From Octopus vulgaris (lineage: Eukaryota): a DNA stretch of 64,000 nt. The number at the start of each line of letters is the position of its first letter. Position 1 is the first letter of the stretch. Below are positions 24,382-36,188 of the stretch, piece after piece. A model generated the notes under the pieces. That model saw only the letters and a list, made by a program, of their open reading frames with translations, was not told the origin of the DNA and did no database searches. The DNA lies in the NCBI GenBank assembly GCA_951406725.2, contig OX597823.1:81096001-81160000 (forward strand). Direction: 5' to 3'. The position numbers and the translations under genes were made by a program.

Positions 24382-25104
24382 GATGGGCTTCTTTCAGTTT
24401 CCGTCTACCAAATCCACTCACAAGGCTTTGGTTGGCCCAAGGCTATAGTAGAAGACACTTGCCCAAGGTGCCACGCAGTGGGACTGAACCTGGAACCATG
24501 TAGTTCGTAAGCAAGCTACTTACAACACAACCACTCCTACAATAATGTGGATGGAACTTGCAGACCAAGGAAGACATGGGATGAAGAGACAAAAACTGAT
24601 CTCACAAAGGATTGCTGTGCAAGCATGGTACATTGAATGTTAAAAACGATAGTAGTGTATACAGGCTGAAAGGTATATAGACATCTGTATTCAAACCTTT
24701 TTCCTAATATATCCCTGTTAAGCCTCTATCTGATGACCCCTACTTACATTCAGGCCTATTGCTCAATATATCCCTGTTAAGTTTATCTAATACCTCATTT
24801 GAATTTATTGGCCTATATATGCTTATTAACCTTTCACAGATCCTTTGATAATTTCTCATCTGGCTTTTACTTAACTGTCATTCACCCAACTCTTATATTC
24901 ACTGCAACACCATTCTGTTTTACCCATGATGCATTTCTTTGTCATCTAATCTTTCACCCTCGACCCTCTTCTATCCACTCAACCAGGACAGTTTGCACCC
25001 AGTATACTCTCACTCCAGTGCTGTTTCTCTACCATTACTCCCACCTTTACTACCCTCCCTTTCCAGCCATAATTTCCCCTTACTATATACTGATGAGACA
25101 ATGA

Positions 25105-25310
25105 AAGTCCCACTTTCACCACTTAAATTGACAACAAAAATGATTGCTAAAGGCTTGGCACTTACAGAGGAAGGTCTGAAGGATTTTGCTGATAATGATC
25201 CTAAAAGTCAATATAACATAAAAACCTACAATGAGCTCCATTCCTTATGTGAGATTTAAAAAGAGATGATGAGTCATAAACAACAGTTAACTTTGCATAA
25301 GTTCTTCTCC
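25105..25310 (+). mobile_element. Tigger/pogo transposase C-terminal remnant
   Basis: Reads LTTKMIAKGLALTEEGLKDFADNDPKS…EI*KEMMSHKQQLTLHKFF, resembling the Tigger C-terminus (F...DP…KQ..L..FF). Confidence 0.55.
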
Positions 25311-25839
25311 CACCACCTCATGCGGATGTTGGTGATAAAGGACGATAAAATAGTAAATAATAATAATGAAATTATTGTGTACATAGGCGCAGGCGTGGCT
25401 GTATGGTAAGTAGCTTGCTTACCAACCACATGGTTCTGGATTCAGTCCCATTGTGTGGCACCTTGGGCAAGTATCTTCTACTATAGCCTTGGGCCAACCA
25501 AAGCCTTGTGAGTGGATTTGGTAGACGGAAACTGAAAGAAGCCCATCGTATATATGTATATACATGTGTGTGTGTGTGTTTGTGTTTGTCCCCCACCCCC
25601 AACATCGCTTGACAACCGATGCTGGTGTGTTTATGTCCCTGTAACTTAGCAGTTCGGCAAAAGAATCCGATAGAATAAGTATTAGGCTTACAAAGAATTA
25701 GCCCTGGGGTCGATATACAAACACACATAACTGACTTCTTTCAGTTTCTGTCTACTAAATCCATCCACGAGGCTATACAAAAGTGTGTGTGTGCGTGTGT
25801 ATTTATGTATACAGAGAGAGAGACTAATGTAAGACATAC

Positions 25840-25955
25840 CTGTGATAGCCAAGTATCAATGCAACTACAGTGGTATTGGTGAGTACAATATAACTGTTTC
25901 ACTTGTTCTTCTAGAATAAATTCAGACAAACATATTGAACACTGCAGGCTGTTAT
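25840..25955 (-). CDS. RNF115/RNF126-like E3 ligase, RING-H2 exon
   Basis: Reads (D)NSLQCSICLSEFILEEQVKQLYCTHQYHCSCIDTWLSQ. With the next exon this gives C-x2-C-x14-C-x-H-x2-H-x2-C-x10-C-x2-C. Acceptor tttgcag, donor GTATGT, phase 1/0. Confidence 0.93.
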
Positions 25956-26214
25956 CTGCAAAGTAAACACAACAACTGTAGCAACAAAATAGATTTTCAT
26001 AAAGCTAAAAAGAGAGATTTCACAAAGAAATTTACTTTATTTTCAAAATATATCTTTTGACAAAGCAGTAGTCAACCTATTATTGCAAGAAAGAGACAAA
26101 GGGGCAACTGACTGAAATACCTTGAGTATTTATAACGAGCTCATTTTATTGTCTCTGGATGGATAGAAAAAAATAAAGTCAGTCTACAGATTGTTTTGAA
26201 CTCAGAAGGAGGAG

Positions 26215-26328
26215 CAGGCATGGGCAACCTTTTTCGAGATGCAGGTCACACTATTAAAATTATTCAAGATAGTTTTTGTTAGGTGAGCCATTCGGAAAGT
26301 TCCACGGGTCACAGTTTGCCCATGACTG
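26215..26328. mobile_element. Small hAT-type MITE
   Basis: Termini CAGGCATGGGCAA / TTGCCCATGACTG. No 8-bp TSD is recognisable. Confidence 0.5.
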
Positions 26329-26991
26329 ATGTAGAGAGACTCTATGGTGTAATATACTCTGGAGTGTATTTATTGAAGTTTTTCCCAGACAACATTATGC
26401 CAACTTATGTTACACGTTTTTAGGATGCACTGCCCACAACGAAACAGCTAGCTGTGTCACACCACCATGCATAGGTGACGATCATCAACCCATAATCAAT
26501 TATGCTGACCCCAGAAGGATGAGAATTTAAGTTAACCCTAGGAGGATTTGAGACCAGAACATAGTCTTTATTACTCCATAAGGAGCATAGAGTCAGTTTA
26601 TCAGTTTCTCTGGTATATATATTTCTCCTTGAGTGGACTCGAGCAACGTGAAATGAAGTGTTTTGCTCAAAAACAACACATCACCTGGTCCAAGAATCGA
26701 AACCACAACATTACGATCATGAGTCCAACACCCTAACCACTAAGCTTTTACTTAAAGTTACCATTAGGTGAATGGGTTAAAGCTTTAATGTTAGACAATG
26801 TAAATTATACAACATGACATACTTCAACTGAACAAGCTGAATATAGATACTGCATAGTCTTCACCAACAACTGAGTCATTTTAGGACACTCGCTCATGTA
26901 TAAAACACATTCTCTAGTAATTACTGCAGATATCTGCATTTTAAAAATCATCTTATCCATTTGCAAAGCAGAGATAGCATAAGAATCTTAC

Positions 26992-27085
26992 CAACTTGCT
27001 GTTGAGTTATTTTGACTTTGGGTAAAGAATCTATTTTATCTTTCTCCGCTGGGGGAACTCCATTACAATCAATCTGGTTTATCAA
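26992..27085 (-). CDS. RNF115/RNF126-like E3 ligase, pre-RING exon
   Basis: Reads LINQIDCNGVPPAEKDKIDSLPKVKITQQQV, matching the family motif LLNQ...GPPPA.K.KI..LP.V. Acceptor catttcag, donor GTAAGA, phase 0/1. Confidence 0.92.
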
Positions 27086-27127
27086 CTGAAATGAGATAAT
27101 ATATATGAGATAATATATATGTATTGA

Positions 27128-28898
27128 CTAGCAAAGATACCTAGCATTGCTCAGGATTAAAATGGCATGGTTTGTATGTAGATTGCAGTTATGTTGAAAC
27201 GGGTGATGTGGGAAAGTGAAGCATTTATGACAAAACATATGGAGTAAATGATGGGCTAATTCAACTAAGCAACATGCTATGTGTCTGTTTGGAGGAATCC
27301 AGGCTCTAACCTGTCATGGAAAATAGGGGTTGGGGGGGAGGTGATTTTTGAATGCACTGAAAGTGCAGTGGATATACTTTCCTTTACAGCGGTCAGTGCT
27401 GCGTCTAACACCACCTGTCGTATGGTTGACAATCAAATGAATGTATGTGTAATGGAGATATTGTACGTAAATGAGTACATTCCACAAATGGGCTACAATG
27501 GGAGACGACAATGGGGAAGAGAACTATTGAAATACTGCAGAAGGCGAAGGGTCAACATTGGATTCTTGGTGTGGCTGTAGAATAAGAAACATAAACTGAG
27601 CCACACACACAAACAGATACATACACATTCATATACAAAATGTGACAACTCACGTACATATAAGACACACACACACACACAGACATACATAGCTTTTCAC
27701 CTCATCGTTATTATTCAATCGTCAAATATGTATAAGCATGTGTAGAAAATTACCACACATACACACACAATTACATACATACAATAAAAGAGACACACAT
27801 AGACATACATTCATACATGACGTCATCGTATAAAATGTCTTTTACTATCTCATATAAATAGAACACAGACACTCATATAAAATGTCCTGAACAATAGTTG
27901 ATTATAGAAAGATTATCTCTGTGAAATGTTATATTGTTTTAATGGAAATGGAAAAAAAATTACATGTTGACACTCAAGGGATGTAATACTATATAGTAAG
28001 AGAGGCACACCCACACATACATTCCCGCATATCAGTCATCACATACGTATATGTATTTATAGATTTGCGTGGGTTTAATAATGTACCTAACACAGAAACA
28101 CACACACACACACACTCACAGACATGCTCATATACAAAATGTGATGTTGTTGTCATCATGGTATAAAATGTCCTGTAGTATAGTTGACTATAGAAAGATT
28201 ATCTCTATAAAATGTTATACTGTTTTAATTGAAATCAAAAACACAAAAATAGATGATACTCAGGGGTGGTGTAATACTATTACTTTGTAAAATTTGATTT
28301 GATTTGGTCGAGCCATTTGAGAATGCACTGACAGACAGAGAGATAGATAAAGAATTTCAGAGACACACACAGACATACATTGATGCATGTCAGTCATCAC
28401 ATGTGTATGTGTAGATGTGGGTGTGTATTTAATAACATATCTAATGCAAAAACTCACACACACTCAGATACATACACACCCATACACTTACGCACAAACA
28501 CTCAGACACGTACACACTCATATACAAAATGTGATATTGCCATTGTCATCGAGCCGTTTGAGAATGCATAGGAGACAGACAAAGAACGCATTGCAGTTGA
28601 CACATATGTATATGTATGTGTAGATGCGTGTGTGTTTAATAATGTATCTAACATGAAAACACGCATACACACTCATATACAAAATGTGACATTGTTGTGG
28701 TATAAAATGTCCTGTAGTATAGTTGACTATAGAAAGATTCTCTTAAAATGTTAAATTGTTTTAATCAAAATGAAAAAAGAATTACATAGTGACACTCATG
28801 GGGCATAATACTGTTACCTTGTGAAACTTGATTTGATTTGGTTAAGCCATTTGAGAATGCATAGGGAACAGTCAAACAAAGAATTTTATATATATAGA
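27128..28898 (-). mobile_element. Non-autonomous Helitron with internal tandem repeats
   Basis: Minus strand starts TC(TATATATATAAAA) at 28898 and ends CTAG at 27128, inserted between A and T, with a degenerate subterminal hairpin near 27138-27157. Three internal repeats of …tataaaatgtcctg…tagttgactatagaaagatt… (about 27875, 28160, 28700). Confidence 0.75.
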
Positions 28899-29629
28899 TT
28901 ATACAGCATCAATTCATATTTCTGTATCATTGTTTTTTGGCTTTTATTTTACATCTTATTGTTTTGCTTTGCACAGAAAATACATATTCTCCTTTCCAAA
29001 GGATTTTCACATGAATAAATTTATCTTGATACATTAATACAGTATAACTGAAAACAACTGAAGTGGAATGATCACGGTCTGTGAAGATAAGTCAGCTCGA
29101 TAACTGTTGACCTATCATTAACCGACAACTCTCTTAGAGGAAACCTATTTTATTTAACCATCAACTAATTCTTCAGGTAATTCTATTATTCATTCATATT
29201 TTTGATTTCGGTTAAGAATATATTATCACCTATAAAGATCAGTAATTGATAACATCTTATGATTGATAAAAATATCTTTGCTTAAGCCAAATCTCAAAGA
29301 CTAACTGATGCTACATATAGGCAAATGCACACACACATACAAAATACATAGACATTAGTAATCATGTGCTAGAAAAACTCATCCAACCCATGCCAGCACA
29401 GAAAACAGATATAAAATAATAAAGATACCACTCTCCTCAAGGATTAAATATATATACATATATTCCTTTCATCTGTGTTACCGATTACACTAGCAAACCA
29501 GCCTGTTCCTTTCTGTCAAATTTAAGAACTATATTAGTTTGTAGTTGTTTTTGTAAACAAACTGAGCTTTCGGTGCAAATGGTTTTTGTTAAGCAGTGTC
29601 GAGTTTTACAATTCTGTAAATTATAATAA

Positions 29630-29868
29630 TAGTATTTATCTATAAGCTTAAAGCTTATAGCAATCACCATGCAAATGACTATGGAAAATAGTCTAATAAT
29701 GGGGCATATAAGCCCTCGACAGAAAAAAGTAGGCTTTCCTATACGCCAAATTGCTTATGGGAAAGCCCACTTGTTTCTGTCGAGGGCTTATATGCCCTGT
29801 TATTAGACTATTTTCCTTAGTCATTTGCACGGTGATCCCTATAAGCTTTAAGCTTATAAAAAAATACC

Positions 29869-29870
<2 letters not shown>
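29630..29870. repeat. Long near-perfect hairpin (arms about 105-115 bp, 12-nt loop), MITE or fold-back element
   Basis: 29641-29743 is the reverse complement of 29756-29858. Each end carries its own sub-palindrome TATAAGCTT(A/T)AAGCTTATA. Confidence 0.9.
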
Positions 29871-29914
<44 letters not shown>

Positions 29915-30244
29915 GATACTATACTGGACAATATATTGCTTAATATCTTAATATTTATACAATATTTATTATTACAATGAAAACCACATCTAGTCAATAT
30001 ACAATTTAAAAGCCAATGAGAGCAAATCTATTGAATATGAAGAGCAAAGTTTCTAGGTAAGAAATATATCAATGGTTTTATCCATCATCCAGAACAGATG
30101 TGCTATTCTTTATTATTAATAAAATAAGAGTGTCATCTTATTTTGAGGGCACAAATACTTTTTAGAAAATAAAATTAAATCCACAAGTTTGAAATAATCA
30201 AATAATAAAAAAAAAATTATGATGTGAAAAATTAAGACACAAAC

Positions 30245-30293
30245 CTCACTTATCACAGAATCTCGAAGGCCTCCATAAATATGGAATATATTT
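30245..30293 (-). CDS. RNF115/RNF126-like E3 ligase, small internal exon
   Basis: Reads (I)NIFHIYGGLRDSVISE, loosely matching family G..GLD.IITQ. Acceptor tttttcag, donor GTTTGT. A phase 2/0 exon is exactly what is needed to bridge the flanking exons. Confidence 0.75.
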
Positions 30294-32893
30294 CTGAAAA
30301 ATAGCAAAAAAATATATATATAAAATGAAAACAAATATATTTTATGAACACTAAAATAATTGACTTTTAATAAATACATATTTTTACAAGACACCGCTAA
30401 TATGGTTGCTAGAACTGTTAGAAATAACAGCCAACTCTCCCTAAGATCACAATCTACTGTTTTATTAAAGGAAGAAGACATTTAGCCATAGGTCAACTCA
30501 ATCAGAACTGACCTGTGGCTAAACTACTACTATTAAAACATTTCTAGACTTAATGGTTTAATGAGATTCAAATGAAAAAGTTGTCACTAACAAAATAGTC
30601 AAACCAATGACAGAGCCTCTATGAATATATATGCACTAAAATAGCAGCTCAGATCGGCAAAGATAAGGACACAATGGGTTGATCTACTCTTAGAATATAG
30701 GAAATTACTGGATAGTCATGGTTGGAACATCTTTAAGCATAGATCATTCAATCAGTAAAATTAGGATTAAATCAACTAGTTGACCACAGCTGAAACACCT
30801 TTTGGTCAAAGGTCATTTGCTCAGGGTAGAACTACAGTACAATTAAATAAACTGCAATAATCCAAAGATTTGTTTTAGGATTATAAGATATGATTTTGTA
30901 CAAACAGAAAAAAAAGCATACTTAAGCCTTTCAGATTACTCTGTCACGTGTAATGTTTCTTTATTTACATTGTTTTGAATTAATCATGTATTATGTCATA
31001 ACTTTGTAATTCCAATTATGTGACCGTTTAGTTTTAGAAAAAAAACATTATTGAGTAAAGTGTGAGAGGTCAGATCAGGTTGGTTTGAACATAAAACAGG
31101 TAGAATATTCTGGTTGGATATTGCCAGTTTAAATGCTAAAGGGCTAGATACTGAATAGCCCCAAAAAGTTTTTTTTAAACATTTTTGATATCAACCTACC
31201 TGATACAATACAAAACATCTTGTTTAAATGTATTTATATTTATACGAGCAAAACGCCCCACCCCACCCCCATCCAACGGACGGTGCTGAGTTGTCAAACA
31301 TTTAAACCAAATTTTCTCAAAACAACTTGTCCAACCATCCCATAGGCTTCCCCTTTGAGAAACACTGATTTAACCTAAATTTGAGACACCAGCAAAAGAA
31401 GAAATAAAGATAGACTTTTTTTCTATTCCAAAGAAAAATAATTTCCCACAGCTTTATCGATCGCATTCTCACCTGGAATCGATTTTTGTAATTTTTTCAA
31501 GATCTAAACACACCCTGATTCCCTTGGTATCTACATATCAAATTTGAGCGCAATCGGATGGAGGATGCCCAAGATCCTAGAAGCCACACACACAGAGAAC
31601 GGATTTTATATAAAAGATAAAAATATTCAATCATAATTTTATGCCAGAACATTTTGAGAAATTATATTTTAAACATATGACTTAATAATGGTTTCTGACT
31701 TAGGCACAAGACTAGTAATTTTGAATGGAAGGGTTTGGGTGATAACATTGACTCTAATATTTGACTGGCATCTTATTTCATTGACCCCAGAAATATGAAA
31801 GGCTAAGTTCACCGTGACAGAATTTGAGCACAAAAATGTAAAGAGCTGGAACAAATAATGTAAAGTATTTTTCTTCCAGTACTCTAACAATTCTTCTACC
31901 TCACCACCCTCTATTTTATTGATCTTGAAAGGATGATACACAAAGTTGTTCTCAGCGAAATTTGAACTCAAAACATAAAGAACCAAAATAAATACTGCAA
32001 AGTAATTTTTCTGACACTGATGCTTCAGCCAGCTCACCACCCTCCATTTAATAAGGAAAAATTTTAGTTATTGTACAAAATTCTTCCAAATTCTTGTGGA
32101 TAACATCAACAAATATTGAACCAAAAACAGCCAACTCAAATTAAACATATAACACAGCAAAAATGTGAAGGCATGTGGCCTAATGGTGAGGGTGTTGCAC
32201 TCATGATCACTGGATCATGGATTTGATTCTTGGACCTGGTTGCACATTGTGCTCTAGAGTAAAACACTCCATTTCACATTGCTCTGTGGTGAGAGAATGT
32301 TAAAACCATTGGCACGTCAGCAGAAATACATTATGATATATCTTCCAGCTCTTTACATCATGAGTTCAAATCCCACCTGCCAGGCGAAGGCAATGGGAAA
32401 CCACTCTAGTATTCATCCCAAGCTTAATCATGGTAGCTGAGGTTTCAGTAAGATACTTAGTGGCAGCTGGGGAGGTTATAGGTCCTCACAAGTTGTTTAG
32501 AGTGCCGGAGAAGGTCCAGTCCACATGCACAGGACCTGCCCAGGGACAGACCACCACTACACACACACACAGAAAAGCAGAAATTAAAAGTCTGCAGTTG
32601 AATGAATCTACCCCACTACTTTGCTGATCATATTATCAACTTACACATCCACACAATGGGCTCCTCTCAGTTTCCGTCTACCAAATCCACTCACAAGGCT
32701 TTGGTTGACCCAAGGCTATAGAAGACACTTGCCCATGGTGCTACATAGTGGGACTGAACCAAGGACCATGTGGTTGGGAAGCCAACTTCTTATCACACAG
32801 CCACGCGTGTCCCTAATCCTGCCCACCCCACCCTTTTATTTTATATAGATAAAACAGACACAAGAATAAATTTTAAAATATAAATATCCTTAC

Positions 32894-32953
32894 ATAGACA
32901 AGCCACTGTTTTGTGTATCTTCAGATAAACCACTTAATGGTTGGAGTAGCAAC
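32894..32953 (-). CDS. RNF115/RNF126-like E3 ligase, internal exon
   Basis: Acceptor ctctctttcctttcag, donor GTAAGG. Reads (W)LLLQPLSGLSEDTQNSGLS. Phase 2/2. Confidence 0.8.
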
Positions 32954-34655
32954 CTGAAAGGAAAGAGAGAGGAAAATCAAAACACGATTTAGCTGTTTTA
33001 ATTCATCAGTCTTTAATTTTCAGTTACTGACCTCACAACTCTAGTTAGATGAGAACATTGTTTAGTAACAATATTGACACAGATTGCCAATTATTATATA
33101 ACTAAGTTTAGCTAATTGAGAAATTGTGAGTAAAATGTCGACTTAGTTCTCAGTCTCACTTTTCTCATAGGTAATTTCAATTAAATAATTTTGTTAATTC
33201 AAGCAATAATAAATCTCTGAGCGTATACTTCACAATTTGTTAATTCAGTTTTACAGATATTTATATTACCTTTCTTTTTCTTTTTTATTTCATTTGTTGC
33301 GTTTTTCTACATTTTTACATCATAGCATGGCTTGGGAAGTAGGTGAAAATTTGAATGCACGTCATTGTAGTGTATTGTTGGAATAACTATGTGAACAGCA
33401 ATGCTGGATGGTAATGATTGCAGTTATAATCATATCATCATTTTAATGCATGGGCATTTTTTATATTGATGATGTCCTTAGCCACTGGATCTTATAAAGG
33501 AGGTAGTGAACCACAAAATGTGGCTAGAATTCCTTCCTACTTGTTTTAGTCAATAGACTATGGCCATACTGATGCACCACCTTGAGGATTTTTTGATACA
33601 ATAAATCAACACCAGTTCTTTTTCTTTTTAAACTTTTTTTTTAACTAGATATTATTTTCTCAGTCTCCTTTGCTGAACCACTACGTTATAGGGATGTAAA
33701 CACATCAACACTGTCAAGTGTTGGTTAGGTACAAACACACGACAGGCTTCCTTCAGTTTCTACCAAATCCATTCACAAGGTGTGAGGCTATAGTAGAAGA
33801 CACTTGCCCAAGGTGCTACTCAGTGGGACTGAAAAATTACCATACTTGGAAACAGTTAAGGGTCAGTAACAGGAAGGGTGTCTGGCTGTAGAAAATCTGC
33901 CTCAATAAACTTTATCTGACCCATGCAAGCTTTAACAAGTAGATATTAAAATGAAGAAGATGATAACTACCTTCAAATAACCATTTTAAACTCCAGAGTT
34001 TAGACCCATAATGCTGTTCTGCTAATAATTCTTCTTATGCCACTTGGTACCATAAGATGGGTTTTTCTTCAGATTCCATCAATGCTATGAAGAGAAATAT
34101 CTTCAGCATAAATAATTTATAGCCCTCTAGCATTATTCCAGTCGTTCTCAAAGTGATGTCAGACACATCACTTTGCTGTTGAAATGAAATGGCAGATGAT
34201 TCATTAATTTTTTCTTGGGTTAGAGGTTTATGTTATGAAGGCATCGTTTTACAGTCAGATGCCCTTCTTGATGCTCATCCTTACCTGTTTTCTAAGTAAA
34301 GAATTGCTTATTCCACATGGCTTCAAAAGCACGAAGCAAGAAAACAGTTTATTAACAGGTGAAATGCCAAAAGCTCTTCTTGAATGCTGTGATTTTTTAT
34401 GAGCAAGCACAGATATAAACAAACACATCCACACATGCAACTGGCTTCTGCACAGCTTCCATTTATCAAATCTCCACCCCCAAGGATTTAGTCAGCCTAG
34501 AGTTACATTCACTCAACTGGACTGAATCAAAGCCATGTGATTGAAAAGCAAACTTCATGACCAAGCAGCCATGCCTAGGCCTATAGTCATGGCTACATAA
34601 ATACTTAGTTTACACCAAAGTGCAAAAGTTGGGTAATATTGTTTAAGAGACTTAC

Positions 34656-34771
34656 CACTGAATACGGACAAATCGTTCAATTTCATCTTGATTTTCAGTA
34701 TCTTCTCTTTGTGGTGAGTTGGAGTTTAAATTTTCACTTTCTGGCTGCACATTTTCTCTTGAATTCCAGGG
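34656..34771 (-). CDS. RNF115/RNF126-like E3 ligase, internal exon (low-complexity linker)
   Basis: Acceptor ttttctattgctatttag, donor GTAAGT. Reads PWNSRENVQPESENLNSNSPQREDTENQDEIERFVRIQ. Phase 0/2. Confidence 0.82.
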
Positions 34772-34965
34772 CTAAATAGCAATAGAAAAAAAAAAATAAT
34801 TACACCTACACCCAATGAACAAAAAAAAACATGAATTTATAATATATGTAAAACAAAACAGAAAGTTGGAAATTTTTTTGGTACTATTTATTCACTATTA
34901 CAGGTGTTTAAATGATACCATGAAACTTCCAGCTTCATATTTTGTTATACAATAATCCTGCAAAT

Positions 34966-35292
34966 AATATTTCCATATTTCATTTTGGGATTTGGTTTGC
35001 AAGATTTTTTATATGAGTTTGTGTGTTGAAGCATATTCTGTTGTGTCTGGGGAGAGTCATTTTCTTTTTGTGCCTTATAATTTAACACACTCACCGGTAA
35101 AATTTCCACTTATTTCTTATTTTCATTTTCAATAGTCTTGACTCTCAAGACTATTGAAAAGGTTGCAAGACACAACGAAAATTTTATTGAAATAAAAATA
35201 AGAAATAAGTGGAAATTTTACCAGTGAGTGTGTTACATTATAAGGCACAAAAAGAAAATGACTCTCCCCAGACACAACAGAATATTTCCATA
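34966..35292. mobile_element. Second copy of fold-back family 2, opposite orientation
   Basis: Same sequence as 6810-7166, palindrome centred near 35143. 12-bp direct repeat AATATTTCCATA at 34966-34977 and 35281-35292. Single-arm decayed relatives lie near 6000-6130, 40830-40960 and 50215-50355. Confidence 0.8.
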
Positions 35293-35989
35293 ATCCTCAA
35301 TTTTAATATGTATTTTGAACTAACATGCAGCAGCAACTGAGATTACATATTGGATTGTAATAATGGAATAGTAGCTTCAAGTGGAAACAGCTGAGATTCA
35401 CCCTACCTACCTAAACTGTGGGGTTGTGTATTTGCGTGAGAGAGAGTGGTAAAAATGAGTGTTTTTATATGATTAACAATAGCAAACATCAATTATAGAA
35501 CCCAATACCATGTGTAAAGTCTAAATAATTATAATAATTTTCTTAACTGTGGCTTGAAATCAGCAAAATTTTTAAGTCACTACCAAGAAATTTAATATAT
35601 ACATATGTATGCATGTTTGTGCTATCACCATTCTTAACATCTATTTTTCCATGCTTGCATAGATCAGCTGGAGTTTCTCGAGGCAGTTTTTCTATGGCAG
35701 GATGCCATTCCTGTTGCCAATCCTCACTTGCTTCCAAGCAAGGAAATATTTCCTCATGTCCAAATATGTTCCAAAGAATATTAGAAATGATAGTGCTTGT
35801 GTGACAGAAACACCCATTTACAGCTACCATGCGATGCCAAAATGAGGAGACACAAGCATATACACACTCACACACATGCGTATGCACACACACCTTTACA
35901 AATAGACAGTTTCAGTTTCTATCAACAAAATCCATTTACAAAGCTTTACTCAGCCTGAAGCTATAATACAAGATGCCAATGTATGTGTG

Positions 35990-36028
<39 letters not shown>

Positions 36029-36112
36029 AACATGCACACACACGCACACAGGTGAGCAGATAGATGCAAAACAAGGTGGCAAAAATAGTACTCAACTACC
36101 AAAGGTAGAGTA

Positions 36113-36188
36113 ATATGCTTTTATTAAAGCTGCAAAATTGTCACAGAAACAGTTTTTGTGACAATTTTGTAGCTTTATAAAAGTATAT
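36113..36188. repeat. Short near-perfect palindrome (~37-bp arms), truncated fold-back element
   Basis: atatgcttttattaaagctgcaaaattgtcacagaaac-a-gtttttgtgacaattttgtagctttataaaagtatat. Confidence 0.75.

Noticed and set aside
33971-34175. Possible extra minus-strand exon of the E3-ligase gene (acceptor catttcaacag)
   Set aside because: In-frame stop after 9 codons and a weak donor (GTAGTT). The flanking exons already join in phase. It could only be a poison exon, and there is no evidence for that.
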